From positions 128,001 through 192,000 of the forward strand of contig NZ_JAQNDL010000005.1 of the NCBI RefSeq assembly GCF_028368995.1: DNA of 64,000 nucleotides, written 5' to 3'. Origin of the DNA: Nannocystis bainbridge (GTDB lineage Bacteria > Myxococcota_A > Polyangia > Nannocystales > Nannocystaceae). This document shows positions 37,952 to 49,732 of this stretch, in pieces; positions within the stretch are counted from its first letter, which is position 1; each line of letters starts with the position of its first letter. Made by a program: the position numbers and the translations under genes. The notes beneath the pieces were generated by a model, which did not search any database, was not told where the DNA came from, and worked only from the letters and a program-made list of their open reading frames with translations.

Positions 37952-38058
37952 GGCTGCCTGTCCGGCCGCGCCGTCGCAAACGCGAAGCGCCACCCGGGCC
38001 GGCGCGGCCTCGATCCGCGAAGATCGGCTGCACCCGGATGGCGCGAAGGACAGGACGC

Positions 38059-38133
38059 TCAACCGCGACCGACGAGCACGCCGCCGCGCACCTGGAGGGC
38101 GCGGACGGAGCGCAGGCGGATCGCGGCGCGCAT
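38059..38133 (-). CDS. Putative leader peptide (MRAAIRLRSVRALQVRGGVLVGRG, UGA stop)
   Basis: ATG 9 nt after the -10 box; ends immediately before a structured region upstream of the RF paralogue. Confidence 0.5.
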   Translation of the reverse strand: MRAAIRLRSVRALQVRGGVLVGRG

Positions 38134-38142
38134 GACGGGGGG

Positions 38143-38171
38143 ACAATACTCGCGGCCCGGCGGCCAGGCAA
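38143..38171 (-). promoter_or_regulatory. Sigma70-like promoter of the leader/RF-paralogue unit
   Basis: TTGCCT-N17-TATTGT. Confidence 0.6.
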
Positions 38172-38177
38172 GCCGCC

Positions 38178-39740
38178 TCAGCCCGGATCGATCGGCGCGC
38201 ACTTGAACTCGACCTCGATCTCGGCCTCCTTGTCGTTCTGGACCGCGACGCAAGTCTCGGGGCACAGCACCACCTTGCCGTCGTCGAGGTAGAACGAGCC
38301 CGGTCCGCACCCGTCCGCGGCCGGCACCTGCTTGAACACCTCGGCCTCCATCGCTTCCATCGGCGTGAACTTGACCACCACCGAGTCCTCGTCGAGCTCC
38401 TTGCCCTCCGGCGGCGGCGGGATGGCGAAGTCGCACGCGATGGTCGCGTCGGCGATCACCCCGCCGGCCAGCGCCTGGAACAGCGCGTCGTAGGTGTTCG
38501 TGTCGCACAGCGGGAAGCGCAGCGCCCCCGTCGCCACCGACAGGCTCTGGTGACCGATCCCGCCGTTGACCCCGCTCGGGCATTTGGTCGTCACGATCGG
38601 GTCCTCCGCCGAATACGGGTCATCCGCCGGATCGTTGAACGACAGCCCGACGATGCTGTAATAGCTGTAGTTGCGGGTCTCGGGCGTCGGCCCGAAGTGC
38701 AGCGGCGACAGCTCGCGCAGCTTCGCGTCGAACTTCTCGGCCGCGTTGGCCCCGCCGGCGATCGTGTTGTTGTCGTTGTAGTGGTCGTTGCCGTGCGAGC
38801 AGACCACGCGGTCGTCCGACACCTCGACCATGATCTTGAACGCCTCCGGGCGCAGCCACGCCTGCCAGCCCTTCGGCGCGAACTTGAAGAGGTCCTGCTG
38901 GGCCCCGTTGAACGTGTCGAGCATGCGGCACCACGAGTCGGTGCTGTCGATCTCCACGCTGTAATGATAGAACTTGCCCGGGTTGTTGATCGGCTGGCTC
39001 GGCGGATTGGTGCAGCCGCCCTTGGGGATCCCCGACAGCGGCGCCTCGATGCACACCTGCGTCGACGAGTACTTGCCGTAGCGCGAGATGAGGATGACGC
39101 GGTAATCGAGCCCGCTCGCCGCCAAGATCTCGGCGAAGTTGTCGTTGATGTTGTCCTGCACCCCTTTGATCTCGGCCGCCATGCTGCCCGAGTTGTCGAT
39201 CACGACGATGATGTCGACCGGGCGCGGCACCAGCACCGGCACCGCCGACTGGGTCCCGCACGCCGACGGCATCACCTGACACTGCGCGGAGCAGCCGCTC
39301 TCCGGCCCGTTGAGCCAGCCGAAGTCGCACTCCTCGCCCGGGCCCGGCATGCCGTCGCCGCACACCTCGAGCACGCAGCCCACGCCGCAGCCGATGCCGA
39401 TGCCGTTGTGATCGCCCGCGTCGCACGCCTCGCCCGGGTCGACGTTGCCGTCGCCGCAGAACGGCGCCGCCGGCTCCCCCGAGCTCGTGCTGCCCGTCTC
39501 GCCCCCGCTCGTGCTCGCGTCGCCGGTGGACGCGCTGTCCGAGCCGCTGCCCGCGGACGTCGTCCCCGTCCCGGCCGACTGCGACGATTCCATGTCCGTC
39601 GTCGTCGGCAGCGGCGGCGGCGATTGAGTGGCCTCGGTCGTCACGCCGAAGCCGCTCTCGCTCGCCGAAACCTCGGCGCGGTCGCCGTTGCACCCGGCGA
39701 GCAGCGCGACCGTCGTCCCCACTTCGAACATTCTACGCAT
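38178..39740 (-). CDS. Lipoprotein with myxobacterial Cys-rich (DUF4215-like) repeats and vWA domain
   Basis: LAGC lipobox, CGDG..DPGEACD repeats and DIIVVIDNSGSM. Confidence 0.82.
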   Translation of the reverse strand: MRRMFEVGTTVALLAGCNGDRAEVSASESGFGVTTEATQSPPPLPTTTDMESSQSAGTGTTSAGSGSDSASTGDASTSGGETGSTSSGEPAAPFCGDGNVDPGEACDAGDHNGIGIGCGVGCVLEVCGDGMPGPGEECDFGWLNGPESGCSAQCQVMPSACGTQSAVPVLVPRPVDIIVVIDNSGSMAAEIKGVQDNINDNFAEILAASGLDYRVILISRYGKYSSTQVCIEAPLSGIPKGGCTNPPSQPINNPGKFYHYSVEIDSTDSWCRMLDTFNGAQQDLFKFAPKGWQAWLRPEAFKIMVEVSDDRVVCSHGNDHYNDNNTIAGGANAAEKFDAKLRELSPLHFGPTPETRNYSYYSIVGLSFNDPADDPYSAEDPIVTTKCPSGVNGGIGHQSLSVATGALRFPLCDTNTYDALFQALAGGVIADATIACDFAIPPPPEGKELDEDSVVVKFTPMEAMEAEVFKQVPAADGCGPGSFYLDDGKVVLCPETCVAVQNDKEAEIEVEFKCAPIDPG

Positions 39741-40209
39741 TCGCATACGAGCGCACTCTCCCGCTGTCGCCGCGAACATCCCGTTCGTCGGCGCGGCCAG
39801 TCGCGCGGACAATCCGCGATCAGAAGGTGGGTCGAGGTCAGCCCGTGCGCCATCAAGAACCCGTCAGCATCGACGCGCGTGACGCTCTCGACGGTCGTCG
39901 ACGAACCCTCGCCGTGACGCGGACGCACCGTGTTCCGCGGCCGAACGCGGCGCACGGTCGAGGCGCACGACCGACCCGCCGCTGTGACCGTGACCACCCG
40001 AGATCGAAGGCCCGGCCGGCATCAACGCGATCTTGACGACATGACCGATCGGACATGCCCGCGAAGACATTCTCGTTCACGGCGATGGCCGCGCCGAAGT
40101 CACTCGCGGCGGTCGGGCCGCCCGGGTGCGCACCGGTAACCTCGCGCCGCGCGGAGCTTCATGGCCACCCGCTGGTCCGACCTGCGGATCGCCGCATAAC
40201 CACCCGGCG

Positions 40210-40677
40210 ATGTTCGGGCCGACGATCTGGGACCTCCTCGAGCGCGACCACGAGGCCGTCAGCGCGCACCTCGCCGCGCTCCAGGCCGCCTCGGAAGACG
40301 CGGCGCGCGAGCTCTTGCCGGCCCTCGTCTGCGAGCTGACCGCCCACGCGCGGGCCAAGGAGGCCGTCCTTTACGGCCTCCTCTTGCACGACGAGCGGGC
40401 CCGGACGCGGGTCGTCGAGGGCCTCGGAGAGCTCGAGCGGATCCGTGCCGGCCTGAACGATCTCGAGCTGCTCCCGGTCGGCGACGACAAGTGGTCGTTC
40501 CGCCTCGCCGGCCTGGCCGACGTCGTCCGCGGCCACTTCCGGGTCGAGAAGGCCGAGCTGTTGACGCTCGCCCGCCAGGCTTTGAGCGAGGTCCAGGCCA
40601 CCGACCTGGCCACGCGCTACCTCGCCGAGCAGGCGCGGATAAGACGCGACCTGTCCTGTCTCGTCGCGCCGCGCTGA
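40210..40677 (+). CDS. Hemerythrin (HHE)-like protein, degenerate metal ligands
   Basis: LERDH, L.AHA...E..LY and H...E helical pattern. Confidence 0.65.
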   Translation: MFGPTIWDLLERDHEAVSAHLAALQAASEDAARELLPALVCELTAHARAKEAVLYGLLLHDERARTRVVEGLGELERIRAGLNDLELLPVGDDKWSFRLAGLADVVRGHFRVEKAELLTLARQALSEVQATDLATRYLAEQARIRRDLSCLVAPR

Positions 40678-40692
40678 TGTTATCGTCCGCGC

Positions 40693-42822
<2,130 letters not shown>

Positions 42823-42897
42823 TCGCAGACGCGGGCAATCCCGCGCTCCCGCGGCCTCGCATGGACGAGCGCCGCGGCGCTGACCTATCCTGCGATC

Positions 42898-44226
42898 ATG
42901 GTGGATTGTCGGATCGCGGGCTCGCTCGTGCTCGTCGCCGGGGCGAGCGCATGCTCCGTCCCGAACCCGCTGTTCTTGCCCGGCCACGCTGAAGACGCGA
43001 CCTCGAGCGCCGATACGGGCCCGGCCACCACCGGCGACGAGGGCACCACCGGCGGCCCACCCGTCAGCACCGGCGGCGACGAAGCCACTTCGTCGCCCGG
43101 CACCACCGCCGTCGCGCCTGCGTGCGGCAACGGCATCCAGGAGCCCGGCGAGCAGTGCGACGACGGCAACCAGATCGCCGGTGACGACTGCGAGCCCAAC
43201 TGTCGCCCGCTGTTCGCCCCGTGGGATCAACCGATCGAGGGCAGCGAAGACGCCGCCGCGCTCGCTCTCGGCGACCTCGACGGCGACGGCGACGACGACC
43301 TCGTCCTCGGCTTCGCTACCTGCTCGATGGGACAGGCGTGCGCCCGCGTGTGGCACCAGGGCGACGCCGGCTTCGTCGAGGTCGCGCCCATTCCGCTCCC
43401 CGGAGCCCCTGCGCGCCTCTTCATCGCCGACTGGGACGAAGACCAGGTCCCCGACCTGCTCGCCGCCCACACCGCCGGCTTCGTCAGCCTCGCCCTCCTC
43501 GGCACCCTCGATCTGCCGCTCGAGATCCCCTACGCCGGCGACCTCGCGGCCGCCATCGTCGCGCCCATCGACGGCGATGCGCGGCCCGATCTCGTCATCC
43601 CCGACGAGGCCGGGCACAAGGTCTATTACATCCTCGCCAACGGCTTCGGCTTCACCCAGCCGAACACGGTCAACTGCGACCACCCGCCGCGTCACGTCGC
43701 AGTCGCCGACGTCGACGACGACGGCGAGGCCGACCTCGTCTACTCGATCGACCTCGGCCCCGATCCCGGCTTCTCGGTCAAGCCCGGCTTCGAGGGCGCC
43801 GACCTCGGCCCCTTCGTCAGCAACGCCGGCAACGCCAGCGCGCTCGCCATCGGCGAATTCGGCGGCCCGCCGTGGCCCAACGTCGTCTTCAGCGACCCCG
43901 TCGGCAACACCCTGCAGGTGTTCAACAATCAGGGCGGCGGCCAGTTCGAGAAAGCGAGCGACACCATCGACGCCGAGCCCGGCGTGCTGCGGCTCGTGGC
44001 CGCGCGAATCACCACCGACGAATTCGACAACATCCTCGCCCTCGCCCCCGCGGCCCTCCAGATCTTCACCTACGCCGAGGGCAAGATCGTCTCCGGCCCC
44101 TCGCGCAGCTTCGCCGGCACCGCCATCGACTTCCAGGTTGGGCGCCTCGGCGGCGACGATCGCCTCGACCTCGCCGTGCTCACCACCCACGGCGCCTACG
44201 TCCTCGTCAATCAGTCCGGCGAGTGA
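42898..44226 (+). CDS. Lipoprotein with a Cys-rich repeat and FG-GAP/VCBS repeats
   Basis: CGNGI..PGEQCDDGN; repeated GDLDGDG..DL motifs. Confidence 0.8.
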   Translation: MVDCRIAGSLVLVAGASACSVPNPLFLPGHAEDATSSADTGPATTGDEGTTGGPPVSTGGDEATSSPGTTAVAPACGNGIQEPGEQCDDGNQIAGDDCEPNCRPLFAPWDQPIEGSEDAAALALGDLDGDGDDDLVLGFATCSMGQACARVWHQGDAGFVEVAPIPLPGAPARLFIADWDEDQVPDLLAAHTAGFVSLALLGTLDLPLEIPYAGDLAAAIVAPIDGDARPDLVIPDEAGHKVYYILANGFGFTQPNTVNCDHPPRHVAVADVDDDGEADLVYSIDLGPDPGFSVKPGFEGADLGPFVSNAGNASALAIGEFGGPPWPNVVFSDPVGNTLQVFNNQGGGQFEKASDTIDAEPGVLRLVAARITTDEFDNILALAPAALQIFTYAEGKIVSGPSRSFAGTAIDFQVGRLGGDDRLDLAVLTTHGAYVLVNQSGE

Positions 44227-44536
44227 GCGAGCCGCGAACTCGCCCTCTCTCGGTCCGGCCCACTCGCCTCGCGTCCCTGCAGCCCTCCGGTCGAGCCCGC
44301 CGCGCGCCCCTCCTTCGTCCGAGCTTCGATGCGAGCGCGCTCGCGCCCGTCGCACACATGTCCCGAAGGACAGACGGTGCGCAACCGCCTGCACCGATCG
44401 ACCGCACCAGTCCGCGGTCGCGAGCGGCGGCGGGTCCGCGACGTGTGAGATTCGCCAGGGGTTCCGCCGACCCGCCCCGCTTGCGGCGGCGCGCCGCGAT
44501 TTGCCACCATGCGCGCGGAACTCGGCCAGTCCTCCC

Positions 44537-45526
44537 ATGACAGCATCCCACGGTCCCGTCGGCCCCCACACCCCCTCGGGCCGCAAGGTCCTCGTCACCG
44601 GCGCCGGCGGACAGGTCGGCCTCGACCTCCTGCAGGCGCTGCGCTCGCGCGGCGACCAGGTGTTCGCCAGCGACCTCGCGCTGCCGAGCGGCGACGCCGG
44701 TCTCGGCCTCCCGTGGTCGAGCCTCGACGTCACCCGCGCCGAGCAGGTCGACGCCCTCGTCGCCGAGCTGCGCCCCGACGTCATCTACCACCTCGCCGCG
44801 ATCCTCAGCGCCACCGGCGAGCGCGACCCGCTGCGCACCTACGCCGTCAACCAGGACGGCACGCTGCACGTCCTCGAGGCCGCGCGCAAGTTCGGCGTGC
44901 GCCAGGTGATCTTCACCAGCACCATCGCCGTGTTCGGCCCCGGCCTCCCGCCGCTCGTGGGCGACGACGTCTCGCTGCGCCCGACCACCATGTACGGCGT
45001 CACCAAGGTCGCCGGCGAGTTGCTCGGCGAGTACTACAGTCGCCGCCACGGCCTCGATTTCCGCGGCGTCCGCTTCCCCGGCCTGCTGTCGGCCGTGCTG
45101 CCGGGCGGCGGCACCAGCGACTACGCCCCCCTGATGTACTACGAGTCGCTGCGCACCGGCGGCTACGAGGCCTTCTGCCGCCCCGACAGCCAGATCCCGC
45201 TGATGTACATGCCGGACGCCCTGCGCGCCCTCGTCGAGCTGTCGCTCGCTCCGCGTGAGCGGCTCGGCCGCTGCATCTACAACATCGCCGCCTTCTCGCC
45301 GACCGCCCAGGACATCGCCGACGAGGTCGCCCGCGTCGTCCCCGGCGCGCGCATCACCTTCGCGCCGGACCCCGCGCGCCAGGCCATCCTCGACTCGTGG
45401 CCGCGCGCGCTCGACGACGCCTGCGCCCGCCGCGACTGGGACTGGCGCCCGGCCTGGGACCTGGCCAGGATGAGCGACGACCTCACCCCCAAGCTCGCCG
45501 CGCTGGCCGCCCGCGCCGGCAAGTGA
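44537..45526 (+). CDS. SDR-type L-threonine 3-dehydrogenase (NAD-dependent epimerase family)
   Basis: TGAGGQVG, HLAAILSATGE, YGVTK and PGGGTSDY motifs; upstream of kbl. Confidence 0.88.
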   Translation: MTASHGPVGPHTPSGRKVLVTGAGGQVGLDLLQALRSRGDQVFASDLALPSGDAGLGLPWSSLDVTRAEQVDALVAELRPDVIYHLAAILSATGERDPLRTYAVNQDGTLHVLEAARKFGVRQVIFTSTIAVFGPGLPPLVGDDVSLRPTTMYGVTKVAGELLGEYYSRRHGLDFRGVRFPGLLSAVLPGGGTSDYAPLMYYESLRTGGYEAFCRPDSQIPLMYMPDALRALVELSLAPRERLGRCIYNIAAFSPTAQDIADEVARVVPGARITFAPDPARQAILDSWPRALDDACARRDWDWRPAWDLARMSDDLTPKLAALAARAGK

Positions 45527-45560
45527 CCCGAAGTTCGCCTGACCCGAAGGACCTGTCCGC

Positions 45561-46751
<1,191 letters not shown>

Positions 46752-46876
46752 ACATGTCCTGAAGCACCTGTCCTCTCAAACATGTGAGGACGGGCGCCCC
46801 CGCATCGGGGCGATCTCCCGCCGGTCGCTGCAATCGTCGCAGCCGCCCGGCGGTTTCGCGCTTCCTGCGCAGTCCG

Positions 46877-47287
46877 TCAGCGGCTCTTCACGTTGGCGAT
46901 CATCATCAGCACCAGGCAGGCGATGACGGGGATCGCATAGGGCACGACCTTGAGCCCGCCGAGCTCGAAGTTCTGCCAGCCGAGCAGGAACTCGGCGCCG
47001 GCGATCGACCCTGCCACCAGCAGCGCGCCCAGCCGCTCCGGCCAATCGGTCTCGATCTTCAGCCCGATATAGAAGGTGAGCAGCCCGACCGCGCCCGTGA
47101 TCGCCGGGAAGGCCCACGCCGGCAGCCCGGCGATGGCGTCGATGCCCTGCGTCGCCAGCTGCGGGTTGCTGAGCGCCAGGTTGGCCAGGACAGCCACCAG
47201 CACCAATCCCGTGGCGAAGATCAGGTAGGTCCAGACGCGCCCCTTGTGGGTCCGGTGGCTGTGATCGTGCGCGTGCCCTGCTGCCAT
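46877..47287 (-). CDS. Small 4-TM membrane protein with His-rich N-terminus
   Basis: HAHDHSH..H followed by four hydrophobic segments. Confidence 0.65.
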   Translation of the reverse strand: MAAGHAHDHSHRTHKGRVWTYLIFATGLVLVAVLANLALSNPQLATQGIDAIAGLPAWAFPAITGAVGLLTFYIGLKIETDWPERLGALLVAGSIAGAEFLLGWQNFELGGLKVVPYAIPVIACLVLMMIANVKSR

Positions 47288-47513
47288 GTGTTCCTCCGCC
47301 GGCACTGTACCGCGTCCAGTCCGTCACACCGGACCGGCGATGAGACGCGGAACACAGTCAACCTGACCGCGCGGTCTCGGCCACCGGCCAGCGGGCCATC
47401 CCTCGCAATTCCGACGTCCCCCCTTGCCGAGTCTGCCAGTGTCGGGCAGCATGAAATCGTTCGGCTCGGATCCTTCGACGCTCTTAACTGTTCTTTTTCG
47501 TCACGGTACTCCC

Positions 47514-48374
47514 ATGCAACGCAACGCTCTCCGCTGGCTTCATAACCTCCCGCTCCTCTCACTGCTGGCCGCGCCGCTCGTGATCCCCGGCTGTGGCCTG
47601 GCGAAGCTCGATATCGACGGCTACGAGGACGGCGACGAAAAGGGTGAAGGCGGCCAGGGCGAAGAAGAGGGCGGCCAGAACGAGGAAGAGGGCGGCCACG
47701 GTGAAGAGGGCGGCCACGTCCCCGGCGACCCCGGCACCGGCGGCTGGGAAGAAGGCGGCGAGGGCGGCGAGCAGGGCGAGACCGGCATCCCCGACCCTGG
47801 CGAAGAGGGCGGCGAGGAAGGCCAGGCCGAGTGGGGCGGCGAGGAAGAGGGCGGCGAAGGCCCCGGCCCCGGTGAAGAGGGCGGCCAGGAAGGCAACGCC
47901 GAGTGGGGCGGCGAGGAAGAGGGCGGCGAAGGCCCCGGCCCCGGCGAAGAGGGCGGCCAGGAGGGCAACGCCGAGTGGGGCGGCGAAGAGGGCGGCGAAG
48001 GCCCCGGCCCCGGTGAAGAAGGCGGCCAGGAAGGCAACGCCGAGTGGGGCGGCGAAGAAGGCGGCGGCGAAGGTCCCAACCCCGGCGAAGAAGGCGGCGA
48101 GTGGGGCGGCGAGGACGGCGGCCAGACCACCGGCAGCGGCGAGACCACCGGCAGCGGCGAGTGGGGCGGCGAGGAAGGCTTCCCCGGCGAAGAGGGCGGC
48201 GTGCCTGGCGAGGAAGGCGGCGAGTGGGGCGGCGAAGGCGGCAGCGAGGGCGACAACAAGCCGCTCAAGAAGCCCGTCGTCCTCATCGAGAAGCAGTTCA
48301 ACCAGTGCCTCGATTCGGGCAGCGGCTACGACCATTGCGTCGGCCAGCTCGACCTCGCATTGAAGAAGCTCTGA
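47514..48374 (+). CDS. Glu/Gly-rich repetitive lipoprotein
   Basis: Lipobox-like IPGC; repeats of EEGGQEGNAEWGGEEEGGEGPGPG; C-terminal Cys pair; terminator follows. Confidence 0.7.
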   Translation: MQRNALRWLHNLPLLSLLAAPLVIPGCGLAKLDIDGYEDGDEKGEGGQGEEEGGQNEEEGGHGEEGGHVPGDPGTGGWEEGGEGGEQGETGIPDPGEEGGEEGQAEWGGEEEGGEGPGPGEEGGQEGNAEWGGEEEGGEGPGPGEEGGQEGNAEWGGEEGGEGPGPGEEGGQEGNAEWGGEEGGGEGPNPGEEGGEWGGEDGGQTTGSGETTGSGEWGGEEGFPGEEGGVPGEEGGEWGGEGGSEGDNKPLKKPVVLIEKQFNQCLDSGSGYDHCVGQLDLALKKL

Positions 48375-48401
48375 GCTCCCGCGCATCCGCGTGAAACGAG
48401 G

Positions 48402-48431
48402 CGCCGAGGTCCGCACGACCTCGGCGTTTTT
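48402..48431 (+). terminator. Intrinsic terminator
   Basis: CGCCGAGGTC-CGCAC-GACCTCGGCG-TTTTT. Confidence 0.8.
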
Positions 48432-48493
48432 GCGTGGTTCGATCGGCCGAACTTGCGCGGCCCGTCGATGCGCCCGACACTCCGCCTCGAACG

Positions 48494-49621
48494 ATGCAGA
48501 TCACCAGCAACTTCGACGGCGGCAACATCCTCGTCCGCGACATCGCCGATCCGGGCGACGCGCACCTCGAGATCCGGCGCGACAACAGCTCCGAATTCTA
48601 CCAGTGGTTCCACTTCCGCGCCTCGGGCGTGCGTGACACCCCGCTGGCCCTGCACATCGACAACGCCGGCATCAGCAGCTATCCGCCGGGCTGGAAGGAC
48701 TACCAGGCGGTCGCCTCTTACGACCGCGATCAGTGGTTCCGCGTGTCCACCGAGTACGACGGCAAGCGCCTCACGATCCGCCACACTCCCGAGCACGACA
48801 GCGTCTGGTACGCCTACTTCGCGCCCTACTCGCACGAGCGTCACCTGGACCTCGTCGCCGCCTGTCAGACCTCGCCGCAGTGCCGCCACGAGCTGCTCGG
48901 CGCCACCGTCGACGGCCGCGACCTCGACCTCCTCGTCATCGGCGAGCCCGCGGCCGGCAAGCGCGTGTGCTGGATCGTCGCCCGCCAGCACCCCGGCGAG
49001 ACCATGGCCGAGTGGCTGATGGAGGGTCTGCTCGAGCGCCTGCTCGACGACGAAGATCCGGTCGCCCGCCAATTGCTGGCCCGGGCCGTCTTCTACTGCG
49101 TCCCCAACATGAACCCCGACGGCTCGTTCCGCGGCAACCTGCGCACCAACGCCGCCGGCGCCAACCTCAACCGCGAGTGGCAGACCCCCACGCGCGAGCG
49201 CAGCCCCGAGGTCTTTTACGTGCGCCAGCGGATGGAACAGACCGGCGTCGATTTCTGCCTGGATGTCCACGGCGACGAGGCCCTGCCCTACAACTTCATC
49301 GCCGGCCCCGACGGCGTCGCCTCGGTCACGCCGCGGGTCCTCGACCTGCAGGCCGAGTACGAGCGCCTGCTGACGCGCGCGAGCCCCGACTTCCAGACCG
49401 AGCACGGCTACGACGCCGTGGCCCCGGGCGCCGCCAACCTGACGATGTGCACCACCTTCATCGCCGACCGCTTCGGCTGCCTGTCGATGACGCTCGAGCA
49501 GCCGTTCAAGGACACCGTCGACTCGCCCCACGCGCTGTTCGGCTGGTCGCCCGAGCGCTGCCGCAAGCTCGGCCGCGCCAACCTCGACGCGCTGTTCGGC
49601 ATCCTCGACCGCCTGCGCTGA
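48494..49621 (+). CDS. M14 cytosolic (Nna1-like) zinc carboxypeptidase
   Basis: QWFHF, YFAPYS, RQHPGE, NPDG, NLNREW and DVHGDE motifs. Confidence 0.93.
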   Translation: MQITSNFDGGNILVRDIADPGDAHLEIRRDNSSEFYQWFHFRASGVRDTPLALHIDNAGISSYPPGWKDYQAVASYDRDQWFRVSTEYDGKRLTIRHTPEHDSVWYAYFAPYSHERHLDLVAACQTSPQCRHELLGATVDGRDLDLLVIGEPAAGKRVCWIVARQHPGETMAEWLMEGLLERLLDDEDPVARQLLARAVFYCVPNMNPDGSFRGNLRTNAAGANLNREWQTPTRERSPEVFYVRQRMEQTGVDFCLDVHGDEALPYNFIAGPDGVASVTPRVLDLQAEYERLLTRASPDFQTEHGYDAVAPGAANLTMCTTFIADRFGCLSMTLEQPFKDTVDSPHALFGWSPERCRKLGRANLDALFGILDRLR

Positions 49622-49629
49622 GCTCGTGC

Positions 49630-49725
49630 GCGCCTGCCCCTGCGGACAGGCGCGACCGAATCGCAGCGCCTGCCCTTTCGGACAGGCGCGACCGAATCGC
49701 AGCGCCTGCCCGTTCGGACAGGCGC
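49630..49725. repeat. Three 36-bp tandem REP-like hairpin repeats
   Basis: GCGCCTGCCCnTnCGGACAGGCGC at 49630, 49666 and 49702, with an identical linker GACCGAATCGCA. Confidence 0.9.
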
Positions 49726-49732
49726 TCGTCGC

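Noticed and set aside
47593-48363. Histone H1-like Lys/Ala/Arg protein (AKKAAAK...) in an alternative frame
   Set aside because: It is a frame-shifted shadow of GAA/GAG GGC GGC repeats. It relies on rare AGG codons and lacks a good start, whereas the Glu/Gly frame has a signal peptide and normal codon use.
49630-49725. Possible CRISPR array
   Set aside because: Linkers are identical and only 12 bp, there are just three units, and no cas genes are present.
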